64,000 bases of DNA, from assembly GCA_004431415.1 (NCBI GenBank), contig QPMI01000180.1, positions 62,001 through 126,000 on the forward strand, given 5' to 3'. Below are positions 47,175 through 59,800 of this stretch, one piece after another. Position numbers and translations under genes: made by a program. The first letter of the stretch is position 1, and every line of letters begins with the position of its first letter. Below the pieces are notes generated by a model. The model did no database searches. It was not told the DNA's origin and saw nothing but the letters and a program-made list of their open reading frames with translations. The stretch is from Cyanophora paradoxa CCMP329 (Eukaryota; Plantae; Glaucophyta).

Positions 47175-47291
47175 TGCCTCCCCACGCTTGTCAATGTGGT
47201 CCACACCAGTAACAAGTCCGCGCTAGTCGAGGTCTCGTGTCTAGCGTTTGTGTTGCCCTCTACCCCTGCCCGGCTTGCCCCCTCCTGCAAA

Positions 47292-50200
47292 ATGCGCGGC
47301 TTGCCGCGGCTCGCCCTCGGGGCGCTTCTCGCGGCCGCGTTGCTTCTATGCGTCGCCGGTGAAGATGCGGCCGCGCCGGAGCAGCCAGCGGTCCTGTCGG
47401 AGACGCCAGCGGAGTCTACGCTGCCGGCCGCGGAAGCGGAGCCTGCGAGCGCAGAACCGGCGAACGCGGAACCTGCGGAACCCTTGAGCGCCGCGGCGGA
47501 GCCAGAGCCAGGTCCTCCCGCTCAGCAGGAGGAGCCAGCGGCAGTGGCATCGCCGCCCGAGCAGAAGGTCGAGGAGACACGCGACGCTGCCGTTGCCGCG
47601 GACGTCGATGCCGAGATAGACGAAATCGAAGATCTCATTCAGCAGCTCCAAGCGAAGGTCGCGCGTCTTCGGAGCGTTCGCGCGGGCGCGACTGCAGGCC
47701 GCGCGAAGCCCCACGCGAAGCGGTTCGCTGCAGCGCGAACGGAGCGCTTCGAAGCGTGCGGGAGCTGACCGAACGCGCTTCGCACGCAGCTCCGACGCGG
47801 CGGCGCGCGGGGGCGGCGGGGCGCGGGAGGCGGCGCGGCGGGGCGCGGACCCGCTGGAGGAGCGTATCCACGCGGAGGAGGCGGCGGCGATGCGCGGGGA
47901 GGACGATGCGTTCGAGGCGACCGACGGCGACATCGAGGAGTGGCTCGAGGTCACCGGCCGCCTCAAGGCTCGCCCCGCCCCCTCCGCCCGCACCCCCCTC
48001 CCGCCGCCCGCCGCCCGCCCGGCGAGCGCGCGCTGACTGGCGGCGCAGTTCGACGTGGAGATCACGGCGCTGACGTTCCTGCCGACCTCCGCGCCCTACA
48101 ACGCCGTCCCGCCCACCGGCGGCCGCAAGCAGCCGCCCGTCGTCGACCCCCGCGGTGCGCCCCCTCGGCGTCGGCGGCGGCGGCGGCGGCGGCGCTCATC
48201 GGGGCGCAGCGCCGCGGCGGTTCGTGGTGGCGGACGCGAGCGGCTGGCTGCGCTGCTTCGACCACGCGGGGACGGAGCTGGCGAGCCTGCAGACGAACGG
48301 CACGGCCCGCATCACCTCCATCACCACCACGCCCTACGTCGACGGCGCGCCCCCCGGCCCGCCCGCTCGCCTGCCACGTTCGCCCCGGTCGTGACGCGCC
48401 GGCAGACATCCTGCTGGTGGCCGGCGATGTCGAGGGCTGGGTCCGAGCCTACTCCGTCCGCATCGAGAAACCCAGGCGGCCCCAGAGTGCGCCGTGCCGC
48501 CCCTCCGGGCCCCGCTGCGCTCCGCTCCGCCCCGCTGAGCGGTGTGGGGGCAGAGGGCACGGGCTCGGGGCCGGCGGTGCCGCCTGTGACGATCACGTTC
48601 GAGGCGGAGTGGCAGCTGCCGCAGGGGGCGAACGGGGCGGCCCCGCCGGCTGCCACGGCGCTCGTCGCCTACCGCCGCATCCGCGCCACCAACATCGTCG
48701 TTGGCGACTCCTCGGGCTCCATCGCGTGCGCCCGGCCCTCCCCCCGCCCCGCCGCCCCGCCCCGCACCGCCCCGCCCCCCAGGGCCTCCGACGGGGTCCG
48801 ACGGGGTCTGACGGGCGGGGCGGGGCAGGAGCTTCTCGCGGAACGGGACGTACCTCGGCTTCGTCAAGGCCCGCGGCGCCCTCCTCGCCCTCGAGGTCCC
48901 CCCTCCCGCCCGCCCGCTCCCTGCCGCCGGCCTCTGCGCGCCGGCTCACGGGCGGGCCGGCCGGGGCGCCTCAGATGACGGGGAACCTGCTGGTGTACAG
49001 CACGGACGCCGGCGAGTTCGGCGTCATCGACGTCCGCTCCTGGGCCCTCACCCCGCTCCCCTGCGCCGGCGTCCGCCCGCCCCGCCCCCGCCCCCGCCCT
49101 CCGCTCCGCCCCCGCCCCGGCCGACGGGGCGGGGGCAGATGCGGCAGTCTGTGATCACGAGCCTGGCGCTGGATCCGCACAGCCCGAGCGCCCTCTTCGC
49201 GGGGACCGCCTGCGGGCAGCTCCTCTCCCTCCGCCTCACCGGCGACGCCAAGGGCACCAAGTGCAAGGGTCCGGAAGCTCCCGTCCCCCTCCTACCGCCC
49301 CGCACGCCCCGCGCTCGAAGCCGAGTCGGCGGGCGGGGCGGGGCCGGGCGGGGCGGCAGTGGCGACGTCGGTGGCGGCGGCGCACGCGGGGGCCCCGTCC
49401 ACGTCGGCGTCGCCCGGTGCGGCGCCCCTGCGGCCGCCGCTCCCCGCGCCGCGGCGCAGGGGCGACGGGGCCGGCGGGCGCAGGGGCTACGTGCTCTCGG
49501 CGTCGGGGGCGGACGGCCTCGCCGTGCACAACACGACCTTCCTCGGCCGCCGCCGGCCCGGCCTCGTCTTCAGGTACCCCGCCCCCGCCCCCGCCCCCGT
49601 CCCCGCCGCCCCTCACGCCCCGCAGGCTCCCGCGGGGCCCGCCCTCGGGTGAGGGGGCGGCGGGGGCGCCGGCGGACCCGCTGGCGGAGCGGCGGCGGCC
49701 GGTGGCGCGGCCGGTGCTGATGCGGGCGAACAACGCGCGGCGGGAGGGGCCCCAGGCCGCCGTCGTCGTCGGCCACGACGGTGCCCCCCCGCCCGCTGCG
49801 GCCCCGCCTCCCGCCCGGGGCGATGGCGATGGCGGGGCGGGGCGGGGCAGGCTCGCTGGTGGTGTACAGCGTAAACCTGCCCTACGAGATCGAGCGCGTC
49901 CCCTGGCAGGTCTGGAAGAGCCCCCTGTGCGTCTCCCCGCCCCGCCCCGCCCCGCCCCGGCCCGCCTGGAGCCGAGGCGGGTTCGGGACGGGGGCCAGGG
50001 CCGTCGGAGCGCTCGTCTTCGTGATCTTCTGGCAGTTCAAGAAGTTCAAGGGCGGCAGCAAGGTCCCGCCCCCTACCCCGCCCCCGCCCCCGCCCCCGCC
50101 CCCGGCCCCGGCCCCCTTGTGAGCCTCTCCTTCCCGGCAGTCGCCGGCGGAGCGGTTCGCGGCGGCGGGGCCCGGGGCGGGGCGGGGCCCGCGGACGCAG

Positions 50201-50593
50201 CGGGAGCGGGAGCGCGAGGCGATGGAGTCCCTCTCCGTGCGTACCCCGCCCCCGGCCCCCCGCCCGCCCGCCAACCGTACCCCGTGCACGCAGGCGATGC
50301 TCGGCGGCGGCGGCGGGGCCGGCCTGGGCTCGGGCGGCGGCCGCTCCGGCGCGGGGGACCGCCGCGTGCGGTGCGCGGGGGCCGGCCCTCAGGCGCCCCG
50401 CCCCGCACCAGCCCTGGGGCTGATCAGGGGCGGCGGGCGGGGGCAGGTTCGCGGAGGGGGCGGGGGCGGGGCGGGGGAGCTGGATGCGCTGCGCGCGAAG
50501 GTGGACGCGCTGACGTCACGCCTCTCGGCCGTCGGGGCGGAGGCCCCCGCCGCCGGCGTCGGGCCCGCCTCCTCCTACGGCGGCGTCGACTGA
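47292..50593 (+). CDS. Signal-peptide, beta-propeller, C-terminal TM protein resembling plant uncharacterized membrane protein At1g75140
   Basis: Signal peptide MRGLPRLALGALLAAALLLCVAG, then a coiled coil, then FDVEITALTFLP, RFVVADASGWLRCFD, LLVAGDVEG, IVVGDSSGSI-FSRNGT, GVIDVRS...CAG, GDAKGTKCK, YSVNLP...WKSPL and TM ALVFVIFWQFKK. Motif order matches the family from memory; not searched. Confidence 0.72.
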
Positions 50594-51365
50594 GCCCCCG
50601 GCCCCGCCGGATGGCCGAGGCGGCTCCAGCCGCGCCGGCCCCGGGCGCTCCCCGCCCCGGCCCCGGACCGGGCGCCGGCCGGCGCGCTGGGCGCCCACTG
50701 ATCGTGACTTCGTGAAGTCTGCCAAAACTTGAGAAAGTTGAGCTTCCGGCCGTCGCCCGCGGGACGTACGCGGCCGCGGGCGGGACGCGGCGGGTACGTC
50801 CAGCTGCAGCACCGTCCGGGTGGGATATATCATAGTATCGATCTCGAGGAGCGCGACTCCGGGAGCGCGCGCCGGCGCCCGGCGTGCGGGGAGCACTGGC
50901 ATGCCCGAGGGTCGGATTCATGCCGGGCACAAATTCCGCACAATTGCAAATAAATGAGCCGCTTGAGGCGGCTGCGCTTCCGAAGTACGCGAAGTTTAAG
51001 CTTAGGCTTATACGCGCATATATGTCCGACGCCGGTCTGGCCGCCGGCGCGCGGCGGGCCGGCGGCGGGCCTGCTCCGCATGTCCGCGGCAATGATCCGA
51101 TGATCATGATGCGCACGTGCACGTGCCGCAGGCCCGCAGCCTGCAGCCTGCAGGCCCGCATGCGCCGCGAAGGCCCGCGATGCGCGCGGCGTTGCGCGCA
51201 CGAATCGGCAATGATTTGGCCGGGCATGCGCGAATAAGCTATTTTGTCTCTATGCCCCCTGGGCAGCCCCCGCAGTGCTGGTGTCTAGAGACTGTGGCCG
51301 GTAATTCACCAAAAAAAAAAAAAAAATTTATTAAATTTCCGATTTCGCCTTCACCGATTCATCCC

Positions 51366-54300
51366 TGTAGTGCGCCAAATAAAATGGCGCGCCATCTTAT
51401 TTTTATGGCGCACGCTTTTGAGCCATCGCAGAAAAAAAGGCGCCGGCCAGCGCAGCCGGAGCTTTGCGTTGGGGAGTACTGCTAGGCTAGCTGTCGCGAT
51501 CGAAATCGCCTATCATTATAGCCTACCGCCGGGCTACCGGTATAGGACCGCACTGGGCGGGAAGCGGTCGGGGAGCCGCGCGCGCGCACCGAGCCCGAAG
51601 GCGCGGCCCCAGGCACATCAGCAATGAGGTGGTGGGAGCATCCAGATGTCATGAAGATGTCCCACTTGTGCCACCAGTTGTCCTTGTCCTCCACTGTTCC
51701 CTTGTTGAAGTCCGATATTTCGCCACGCAGCGGCCGCGGGTGTGGCCGGTACGTGATAGAACGGCGGAAGGTCCTGCGATCCTCTACCTTTCCTACAGTG
51801 ACCGCGGGGCCATTCCGAAGTGCAAAAGTCATCTCGCCCTCGGCGTCCGTCTCCTCGAGCTGCATCCAACACGTGAGCAGCGGAAACGCAACGCATGCGT
51901 TGGAATTGCGTAGTTACCTGCAGGGCTAGGAAGAGTTCGTACTCGGCGTCCCAATCGAGCTCTACCTGAGCGTACTGCACGTAGTGAACCGTGGATGTGT
52001 CGAAGTGCAGGACGCGCCCGGGTGCCTGTCCGTATGCTGTCTTGGACTGGTCGAATGGCACGAGGATGGTGTGTTCTCTCTCCGTACTCCTCCTGCCGCG
52101 AACCACGAGACGCGTTTGTGGCTCGAGATCGAAATGCGGCGGCCATCGCAGCTTGAGAACTGTTTTCACGATCTGTTTCCGTCCGTTCCAGATGTGCGTT
52201 GCCACCTCATCTGCGAGGGCCTTCTTGGAAATGCGGCCCCCACCCAGGTGCCACAAAATCGGGTGAGGCCTCAACGCGTGGTTCACACCTCTGCCAAGAC
52301 GTGTAAGTAATAACGCAATGCCCACAAAATATGCCGTTGCACGCACACAACACCGCCGCCGTCTTCCGGTGCGCTCGCTGGAGGGCGGAAAGGCGACGTC
52401 GACGCTTCCTCCTCGGGGTCCACGGCAGCTCCGCGCGACGGTGTTCCACTGTCGTGCTCGATGCCAGCTGTTCCATGTAGAGCTCTGCCCGTGCCGGAGC
52501 GGAAGTGAGAAAAAAGTTATGCTCGCCTCAGAATGGGTCTCGAGAGTTGCGGGCGGGCATCCTCTGCGGCTCCTTCTGCACCGTTCAACCTGCAGACATT
52601 ATCGGAATATTTTGTGACGTGAATGGGGCATTGCATACTGCGTGGGAGTGCTGCAGGATCGGACAGCGTCTAGAAATGTGTCATCGACGGCGACGGGGAT
52701 GACTTCACGCTTGCCCCGTTTCCTGCCACCGTCATCCTGTTTGACTGGCTGAAATATGTATGGCGTCATATATTGGACAACCTCGTCCCCCTGTTTAATG
52801 GCGGCCCCGATGATGATGGGGTCATCCCGCGGCCACTCAATGACCACAACGAGGGGGCCTCCCCCCGACGATGTCTCCGCTGCGAGACGGGGTTCGAGCT
52901 CGGCGTACTTGTGCGTGTTGCACAGCCTCCACGGGTGCGACGTCACCCCTGGTTGGTGATCCCATACCGCAACAACTTGCTCCGAGCCCGGAGGGAGGTC
53001 GTCGTTGGGCTTTGTGAAGCACAGATACGACGACTTCGCATTGTATGCCCTTATGTGCTCTTGTTCGCGGATGAAGTGCTGAGCACGACTGAGACTGAGA
53101 GGTTTCTCCGTTCTGATTCACAACAACGCTACATCAACGTATGTACAACGCAAGCGTTGAGTATGCGTTGCAATGCTATGCTCGCCTGAGAAAGGGTTTG
53201 GATGACAGCTCCAGGATCGAGCCGCCGTCTGTAGAGTTCGAGCTGCACATGTATAATTACAGTCTGATTAATTACAGTACCGATTGTATAATTATTTGCG
53301 AGGACTGCCCATGCGCACCCGGTTTCCTGGTTTACGTAGGCCAACCGGCCCCGGGCGGGAGGGAGTATCTTGGGGGCGAGTGGACTCTCTCCGCCTGACT
53401 TGGCTTTTGCGCGCTCTGCCTTGCTGCGAAGCTGCCGAAAGCTGCTCTGCTTTCCAGGATTGAGAATCTTGGGAAGGGGCGGCAGCTGTCGGGGATTTGG
53501 GATTATTGGCTCCGCCGCCAGCTCATGTGCAGCCTTCCTCTTCTTTCGGATTTTCGCTGCAGGCGCCTCTGCCGGCTTCTCCGCTGCCACCGCCTTGTCC
53601 TTCTCCTTCAACTTCTTCTCGGCCGCCTTCTGCGCTGCGTGATTAGAACTCTTTCCTATGCCAGGCACTCGCACAGATCTAGAGTGACGCGAAAAACTGC
53701 ACCCTCTCATGTGCTGCCGCGGCAGCCTCTGCCTGCGCCTTCGTTTTCGCGGCCTCATTTTCGGCTGCAGCCTTCTTTGCTGCCACCGCCTTGTCCTTCT
53801 CCTTCGCTTTCTTCTCGGCCTCCTTCTGCGCTGCGTTATTAAAACTGTGCCCCAGGCCCGGAACGCTCGCACAGAGTGCCGCGCAACACTGCACCTTTTC
53901 CTGTGCTGCTGCCTGCTCCGCCGTTTTTGCGGCCTGCTTTTCTGCTGCGGCCTTCTTCGCTGCCGCCGCCTTGCCCTTCTCCTTCGATTTCGCCTCGGCC
54001 TCCTTCTGTGCTGCGGTATTAAAACTCTGCACTATGCCCGGGACTGGCACAGATTGCGTTTTTAAGACTGCACCTTCTCTGTCATTGCTGCGGCCTTGGG
54101 CTTCTTCGCCTCCTTCCCCATCTCCTTCTCCTGCTTCTTGCGCTTCCCTGCTTCCTGCTTCGCATGCTTCGCCTCCTGACCCTTCGTCTCTGCCTTGCGG
54201 TTGCGCTTCCTCGGGCTTGCCGCCTCTGCGTCCTCGTCCTCGTCCTCGCCCTCGTCCTCGTCCTCATTCCCGCTCTCGTCGTCGTCCTCGAGCTTGTCCT

Positions 54301-56347
54301 CTACGTCATCCTCCTCGTCGGACTCTGCGGGCACGGAATCAACGCAAATTGCGCTGTGTCTTTGCAACGCAGACAACGCAATATCAACGCTTGCGTTGAC
54401 GATGCGTTCTGCATGCGTTGTACACATCGCGCACCTTCGTCTGTCGGGGCGGCGCTGGCGCGTGCCTTGCCCTTCTGCTCTGGCATTTTCCTTGCCGGCT
54501 CTGCAAGTGCAAAAGTGCGCGTGAGCCTCGTGGCAACACGGAGGGAAGTTGAGTACGTCAACACTATTCAACGTATGTCAATCAACGTATGCGTTGCGAG
54601 GTGTTGACATATGCGTTGGTATTGCGTTGGAACAGCGCCGCGTACCTTCGAACGAGTCGCGATGTTCGATTTCCTGCTTCTTCTTGGACCTCCTCTTCGC
54701 CCCCGTCGCCTGGTACCTGCGTGGTAAATTGTTTCCACCGGTCAGTTTCGTATCGGTTGCTCGAAATAATGGAACTCTTGCTCACTCTCCCCTGTCCACC
54801 GCGTCCTTGCCATCCATCCAGCCGGCTACGTTCTCCTCCATCACCGTCAAATTGTGACTCCCTAGGATGAAGTCGGCGACATCCAGAATGCCGGGTCGCG
54901 AGATGCCCTTGAGCTTGTAGTGATCGTCCGGCACCTCCTGCTCCGCTTTCCTCATCCTTAGAATGCACAGTCTGTTCGGAGTGTACGCATCAGGGGCGTG
55001 GCATCGTTGCCCCATCTTCAACGCACGCACATGTTCTCAATGTTATGAAAATAGACATCTGTCTTGCATCTCGTGAGGGATTGAAGGTGGCTGAGGTCCT
55101 CCTTGTCGAATGGGGTGAGCAGCGGCCGCAGTCTGCTCAGCGTGTCGTGCGTTTTGCGGGTGCCGCCCCCGCACTTCTGCATCCGCGAGAGAGCTTGAGA
55201 TATAAATTTAAATTCTAACTCGATGCCATAACTGAAATTAAGGGACGGCACCTTGAGAAACAGCCAGGCTCGCGGGCATGTCTCCGGAGTGTACTCCCCC
55301 CCCGATCCCTCGATCGGCTCGTCCCACAGTAGCCGCACGACGTCCCGTGCCGTGTTGCAGTCCCCAGTGCCGCGCTTGCCATCCGTGTCCTCCTTCAGGT
55401 AGTTCGCGCCTGTCGCCGCCCTCTTCTTTGCTCGAGGTTCACCTGCAGAGGCGATCGCAGCTCCGACGGATCTCTGGACCTGCAAGGCCACGGCCTCCAC
55501 GAGCGAACTCAGCTGCGCCGAGTCCGACGAAGTCGCCGCCTGAACCGTCTGGGGCGCCGGCGCTGCAGCTGCGTGCTGCGCCTTGCCGCGCTTCATGAGC
55601 TTCACAAGTTCGGGGTCGGCGTTGCTGTCGCCGTCCTCGTGCGCTGGCTGCATGTCCCGCCGCACGACGTAGAAGAAACATCCGGGACTGAGCTTCGGCA
55701 GCTTCCGAGACGCAGTCCTCAGATCGAGGGTGTCCGCCTCCGGATCGTAGAAGTACAGGTCCAGGCCCGCAGGTCCGACGGATTGCGTGAAGCGGAGCTG
55801 CCGCTCCGCATCCTTCAAGAGCTCCGCAGGCCATCCCGTGCCTCCCTCGACCTCGATGGTCACCGTCGCTGCGTCACGGGCAAGGTGCACGCGCGGTCGG
55901 GCATCAGCGCGGCGCCCGGTGCGCGCCTTCGCATCACAGCTCAAGAGTATCGAACCTTTGGTCGTAGTAAGGCCTCCGTTCTGCCGGCTGTCGGCGAGAA
56001 CACGCACTTCGACTGGTTCCGCGGGCGCCTGCAGCTGCCCTGCGCGAGCCGCCGACTCTTCGGCTCCCGCAGCCGCTGCTGCGTCGCTCGACTCGCCTAG
56101 CTTAGCCACTTTGCCCTTCTTGGGCGCCATGTGAGGACCGCCCCGCCCGCTGCCGCAGTGCTGTCTGCCGGCTGCTGCTGTGCGCGCTACCTGTAGCTAT
56201 AGTACTATTGCATCATACGCTGGGAGTCGTAGTAGCCCCCCCAACGCAAAGCTCCGGCTGCGCTGGCCGGCGCCTTTTTTTCTGCGATGGCTCAAAAGCG
56301 TGCGCCATAAAAATAAGATGGCGCGCCATTTTATTTGGCGCACTACA
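51366..56347. mobile_element. 4,982-bp TIR DNA transposon with TGT...ACA ends and 5-bp TSD (Ginger2/TDD-like ends)
   Basis: 109-bp perfect TIRs at 51366-51474 and 56239-56347. ATCCC duplicated at 51361-51365 and 56348-56352. Lower GC than host genes. Confidence 0.95.
51482..56130 (-). CDS. Element-encoded protein of unknown function, ~14 exons, ~1,200 aa, with acidic tract and Lys/Ala/Glu-rich repeats
   Basis: GT/GC-AG junctions read by eye keep one frame from MAPKKGK (56130) through ...ENI-LCILRM, EYQATGAKRRSKKK, ESDEEDD, KEAEAKSK, GSNSTDGG, KPLSLSRAQHF, GVNHALRPHP and LQ-LEETD to the stop at 51482. The junctions at 52.3-52.6 kb are the least certain. Confidence 0.7.
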
Positions 56348-56897
56348 ATCCCCACGGGCCACTGCGCAGCGGGGTACGGTGAATTATTGCCATATAGGTA
56401 GCTCGAGAGTCGCCGAGTCTTAAGCCTCTAAGGTAGCCGCTTAGCTGCGCGGCCTGCGGCGCTGCGCCCACCGCACCGCCGGCCCGGCGCCGGGTACCGC
56501 CCGTCGCCCGCCAGCATGCACTGCGGCAGCTGCGGAAGCCTTGAAGCACAGCCATAGTTGCAGCTGTGAACAGTGAATTTCCCCGCTCGAGCTCGCCGAG
56601 GATCCGCAGCCGGATCCCGGAGTGCCGCATTCCGGCTCGTCGGCGGCTGTAACGCCCAGATCCGTATCGTATTTCGTCGCTTTTCTTGCCGCGGGTGTGC
56701 AGGCGGCCACACAGACTGCGCTGGAGCGCGCGGCACAGTTATCGTCGTCACCGCCGACCCGGCGAGGCCCGCGCACGGCGCAGCGACGATCTGGCGTCCG
56801 AGAAGGAACATCATTCGGAATGGTGACAGCCGGCCGCGGCCCGCCGCGGCCGCGGCCGCCCGACCACCCGGCGCCGGAGCGCCATGCCCTGTTACGC

Positions 56898-59800
56898 ATG
56901 CATTGGCGGCGTGGCCGGTCCGCCTTCGGCCGCGCGGCGGCGGCGGCGGTAGCAGCGGCGGCGTTTCCGCTGCTTCTTCTGACCTTCGTCAACTTCTGCG
57001 GGGAGGCGCGGGCGGCGACGCTGGCGGTCTCGCCCTCGGGGGCGGACTCCGCAACCTGCGGCGGGCCCTCCGCGCCCTGCCGCTCCATCCGCCACGGTGC
57101 GGCGCCGCGCGCCCGCGCCTGCGCGCTGCGAGCTGACCGTGGGGGGGGGACTGCGGCGTCGCTGCGCAGCGCTGGGGCTGGCGAGGCCCGGGGACACGCT
57201 GGAGCTCGCCAAGGGGAGGCACGCGGCCGGCGGGGAGCTTCAGCCGCGCGTCGAGGGCCTCACCATCGCCGGCGCCACGGGCGACCCCGCGGACGTCGTC
57301 ATTGACGGGGAGAAGAAGGACCGCATCCTCTATTTCGGGGACGCGGCGGCCAACTTCCGGCTGCGGGGCGTGACGCTGCTCAACGGGCGGGCCTGGACGG
57401 GCGGCTGCGCCGTCTTCGACATGCTCCTCAACACGTCCGCCGGCGCCACCGTCGACCGCGTCGTCTTCGATGGCTGTGAGGCGACCGGGTGCCGCCCCGC
57501 CCGCCCCGCCGCCCGCCTCCCGCCCGGGCCGCCGCCGACGCGGGCCGGGGCGGGGCAGGCTGGCGCCTGCGGAGAGCGGGAAGCTCCTGTACGTGGCGAA
57601 CTCGGGCGGGGGCGCCTACTTCGCGAGCGGCGCCTCGCCGCGCCTCGCGGGCGTCGTCTTCCGCAACTGCTTCGCGAAGCTCGCGGGGGGCGGCGTCTGG
57701 ACCCACGACGACTCCGGTGCCCCCCGCGGCCCCCCGGGGGCTCCCATCCCACGCCCGCTCTGGCCCCCTGACCGGCCGGCGGCAGGCCCCGTCTTCACGG
57801 ACAGCGTGTGGGAGGACAACAAAGCCGACGGCTTCGGCGGCGGTGCGGCCGCCCGCCCGCCGGCGCCGGCGGGCCTCGACTGACGGGGCGGGCCCGGGGG
57901 CGTGGCAGGGATGGTGCCGGAGAGCCGGAGCCGGCCGCTGGTGCGGCGGGGCCGCTTCTCCCGGAACGTGGGCCCCTTCGGCGGGGCCGTCGACTCGGGC
58001 CTCTCCTCCACCGCCCGCTACGAGGAGACCCTCTTCGAGGACAACTTCGCCCCCTGGTCCCCCCCGCCCCGCCCCGCCCGGCCTCCGGCCCGGCCGCAGC
58101 CCCGCCGAGGCGGCCTTGCGCGGCAGGTCGGGCGGGGCGGTGTACCACTACGGCAACGACCGCCTCACCTTCTCCCGCTGCACCTTCCTCCGCAACACCG
58201 TCCGCCCCGCCCGCGCGCGCGCTGCTTGTCTGCGGCGGGCGGACGGGGCTGGGGACGGGGGGGCAGGCCGGGGGCGGCGGGGGCGGGGCGGTGGCGGTGT
58301 CAACGACGTGCGCGCCGGTGTACGAGGACTGCCGCTTCGAGAACAGCTCGACGATCAACGGCGGGGGCGGGCACGTCGTCATGACCGGCACCACCAGGCT
58401 CACCGCCCGCCGCTCCACCTTCCGCAACTCCCGCGCCGGCCAGGGCGGGTCCGTCCGGATCCCCGCCCGCCCACCCGCCCCGTCCGCCGGCGCCCTCTGA
58501 CGCCACGCTCTGCCGCGCAGGGCGTTCTACCAGCGTGCGGAGGCGGCGGTGGAGCTGGAGGGGTGCCTGGTGGAGGGCGCCCGCTCGACGCAGTGGGGCG
58601 GGGGCTTCATGGGCATCTGGGGCGACGGCAACTCTCTCGTGATGACCGACACCGTCGTCCGCGACGCCGCCACCGCCTCCGACCCCGGCGCCGCCCTCGT
58701 CCGCCCCCTCCATGCCACCACCTCGCTCCGATTCGACGTGCCCCAGCTGACGTCGGTGTCGTCCATTTCGGACGCAGCGGTTGGAGGGGGCCGTGAAGGT
58801 CGTCATCAGGAACTCGCGCTTCGAGAACTGCAGCGGGGCCAACTACGGCACCATCGCCGCCTCCGAGGGGGTGCCCTCGCTTCCCCCGCCCGCCCGTTGC
58901 CGCCGCCGCCGCCGCCGCCGCGCCTGAGGCTCGCGGTCGCTCGCTCGCGGCAGAGCACGGTCACCATCGTCGACACCGTCATCACCGGGAACTCGTGCGC
59001 CCCGCCCCGCCCCGCCCCGCCGGCCCGACGAGCGGGCGACCTAACGGGCGGACGGGGGCGCCGCGCGCGCGCGCGCAGGGCGGACTACGGGGGCGCGGTC
59101 TCGGTGCCGGACGACTGCAGCGCGGAGGTGGAGGGAGGGCTGGTCGCCGGCAACGCGGCGCGCGTGCACGGCGGGGCTTTCTACACGGCCGGGCACGGGG
59201 CGCGGCTGGTGGTGCGGGGCACGGAGGTGCGGGGCAACCGGGCGCCCCGCGGCGGGGCCCTCTTCGTCGAGAACGCCGCCCTCGTCGCCCTCGTCGGCGC
59301 CCGCCTCCTCGAGAACCGCGCCGAGTCCGCCCCTCCGCTGCTCACCTGAGCCCCAGCTGAGCCTCGGACGACCCGGCTGACTCGAGCTCGCTCGCGCGCG
59401 CGCGGCAGCTACGGGGCGGCTGTCGGTGTGGGAGAGGACGCGGCGGCGGAGGGCGGGGCGGCCTCGCTGCAGGCGAACGGGACGGCGTTCGAGCGGAACG
59501 CGGCGGCCGTCGCCGGAGCCGTCTTCTACTACGGGACCGACCGCGCCCGCTTCGAGGCGGACGAGGCGACGGCGGCGCTCACCAAGGACAACGCGGCGCC
59601 GTGGGGCGTCCTCGCCGCCACCCGCCCCGCCCGCATCGCGCTGGAGGGCCCCGCCGCTGTGGCGCACGCGCCGGGGCAGGGCTTCACCGTGCGGGCGAGC
59701 CTGCTGGACGCGCTCGGGCAGCGCGTCGCCCTCGCCGTGCCCCCCGTCGCCGTCGAGCTGCAGGCACCCGCCGGCCTCCAGGTCAACACCCTCACCCTCT

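Noticed and set aside
51366-56347. LTR retrotransposon or CACTA element (TG...CA ends; CACTACA near the right end)
   Set aside because: The repeats are inverted, not direct, and no gag/pol is present. CACTA would have to be the outermost 5' bases with a 2-3 bp TSD, whereas the ends are TGT...ACA with a 5-bp TSD.
51292-56396. Possible older small inverted-repeat element (TGGC..TAATTCACC / GGTGAATTA..GCCA) hosting the TIR transposon
   Set aside because: Only a ~9-bp exact match and no TSD found.
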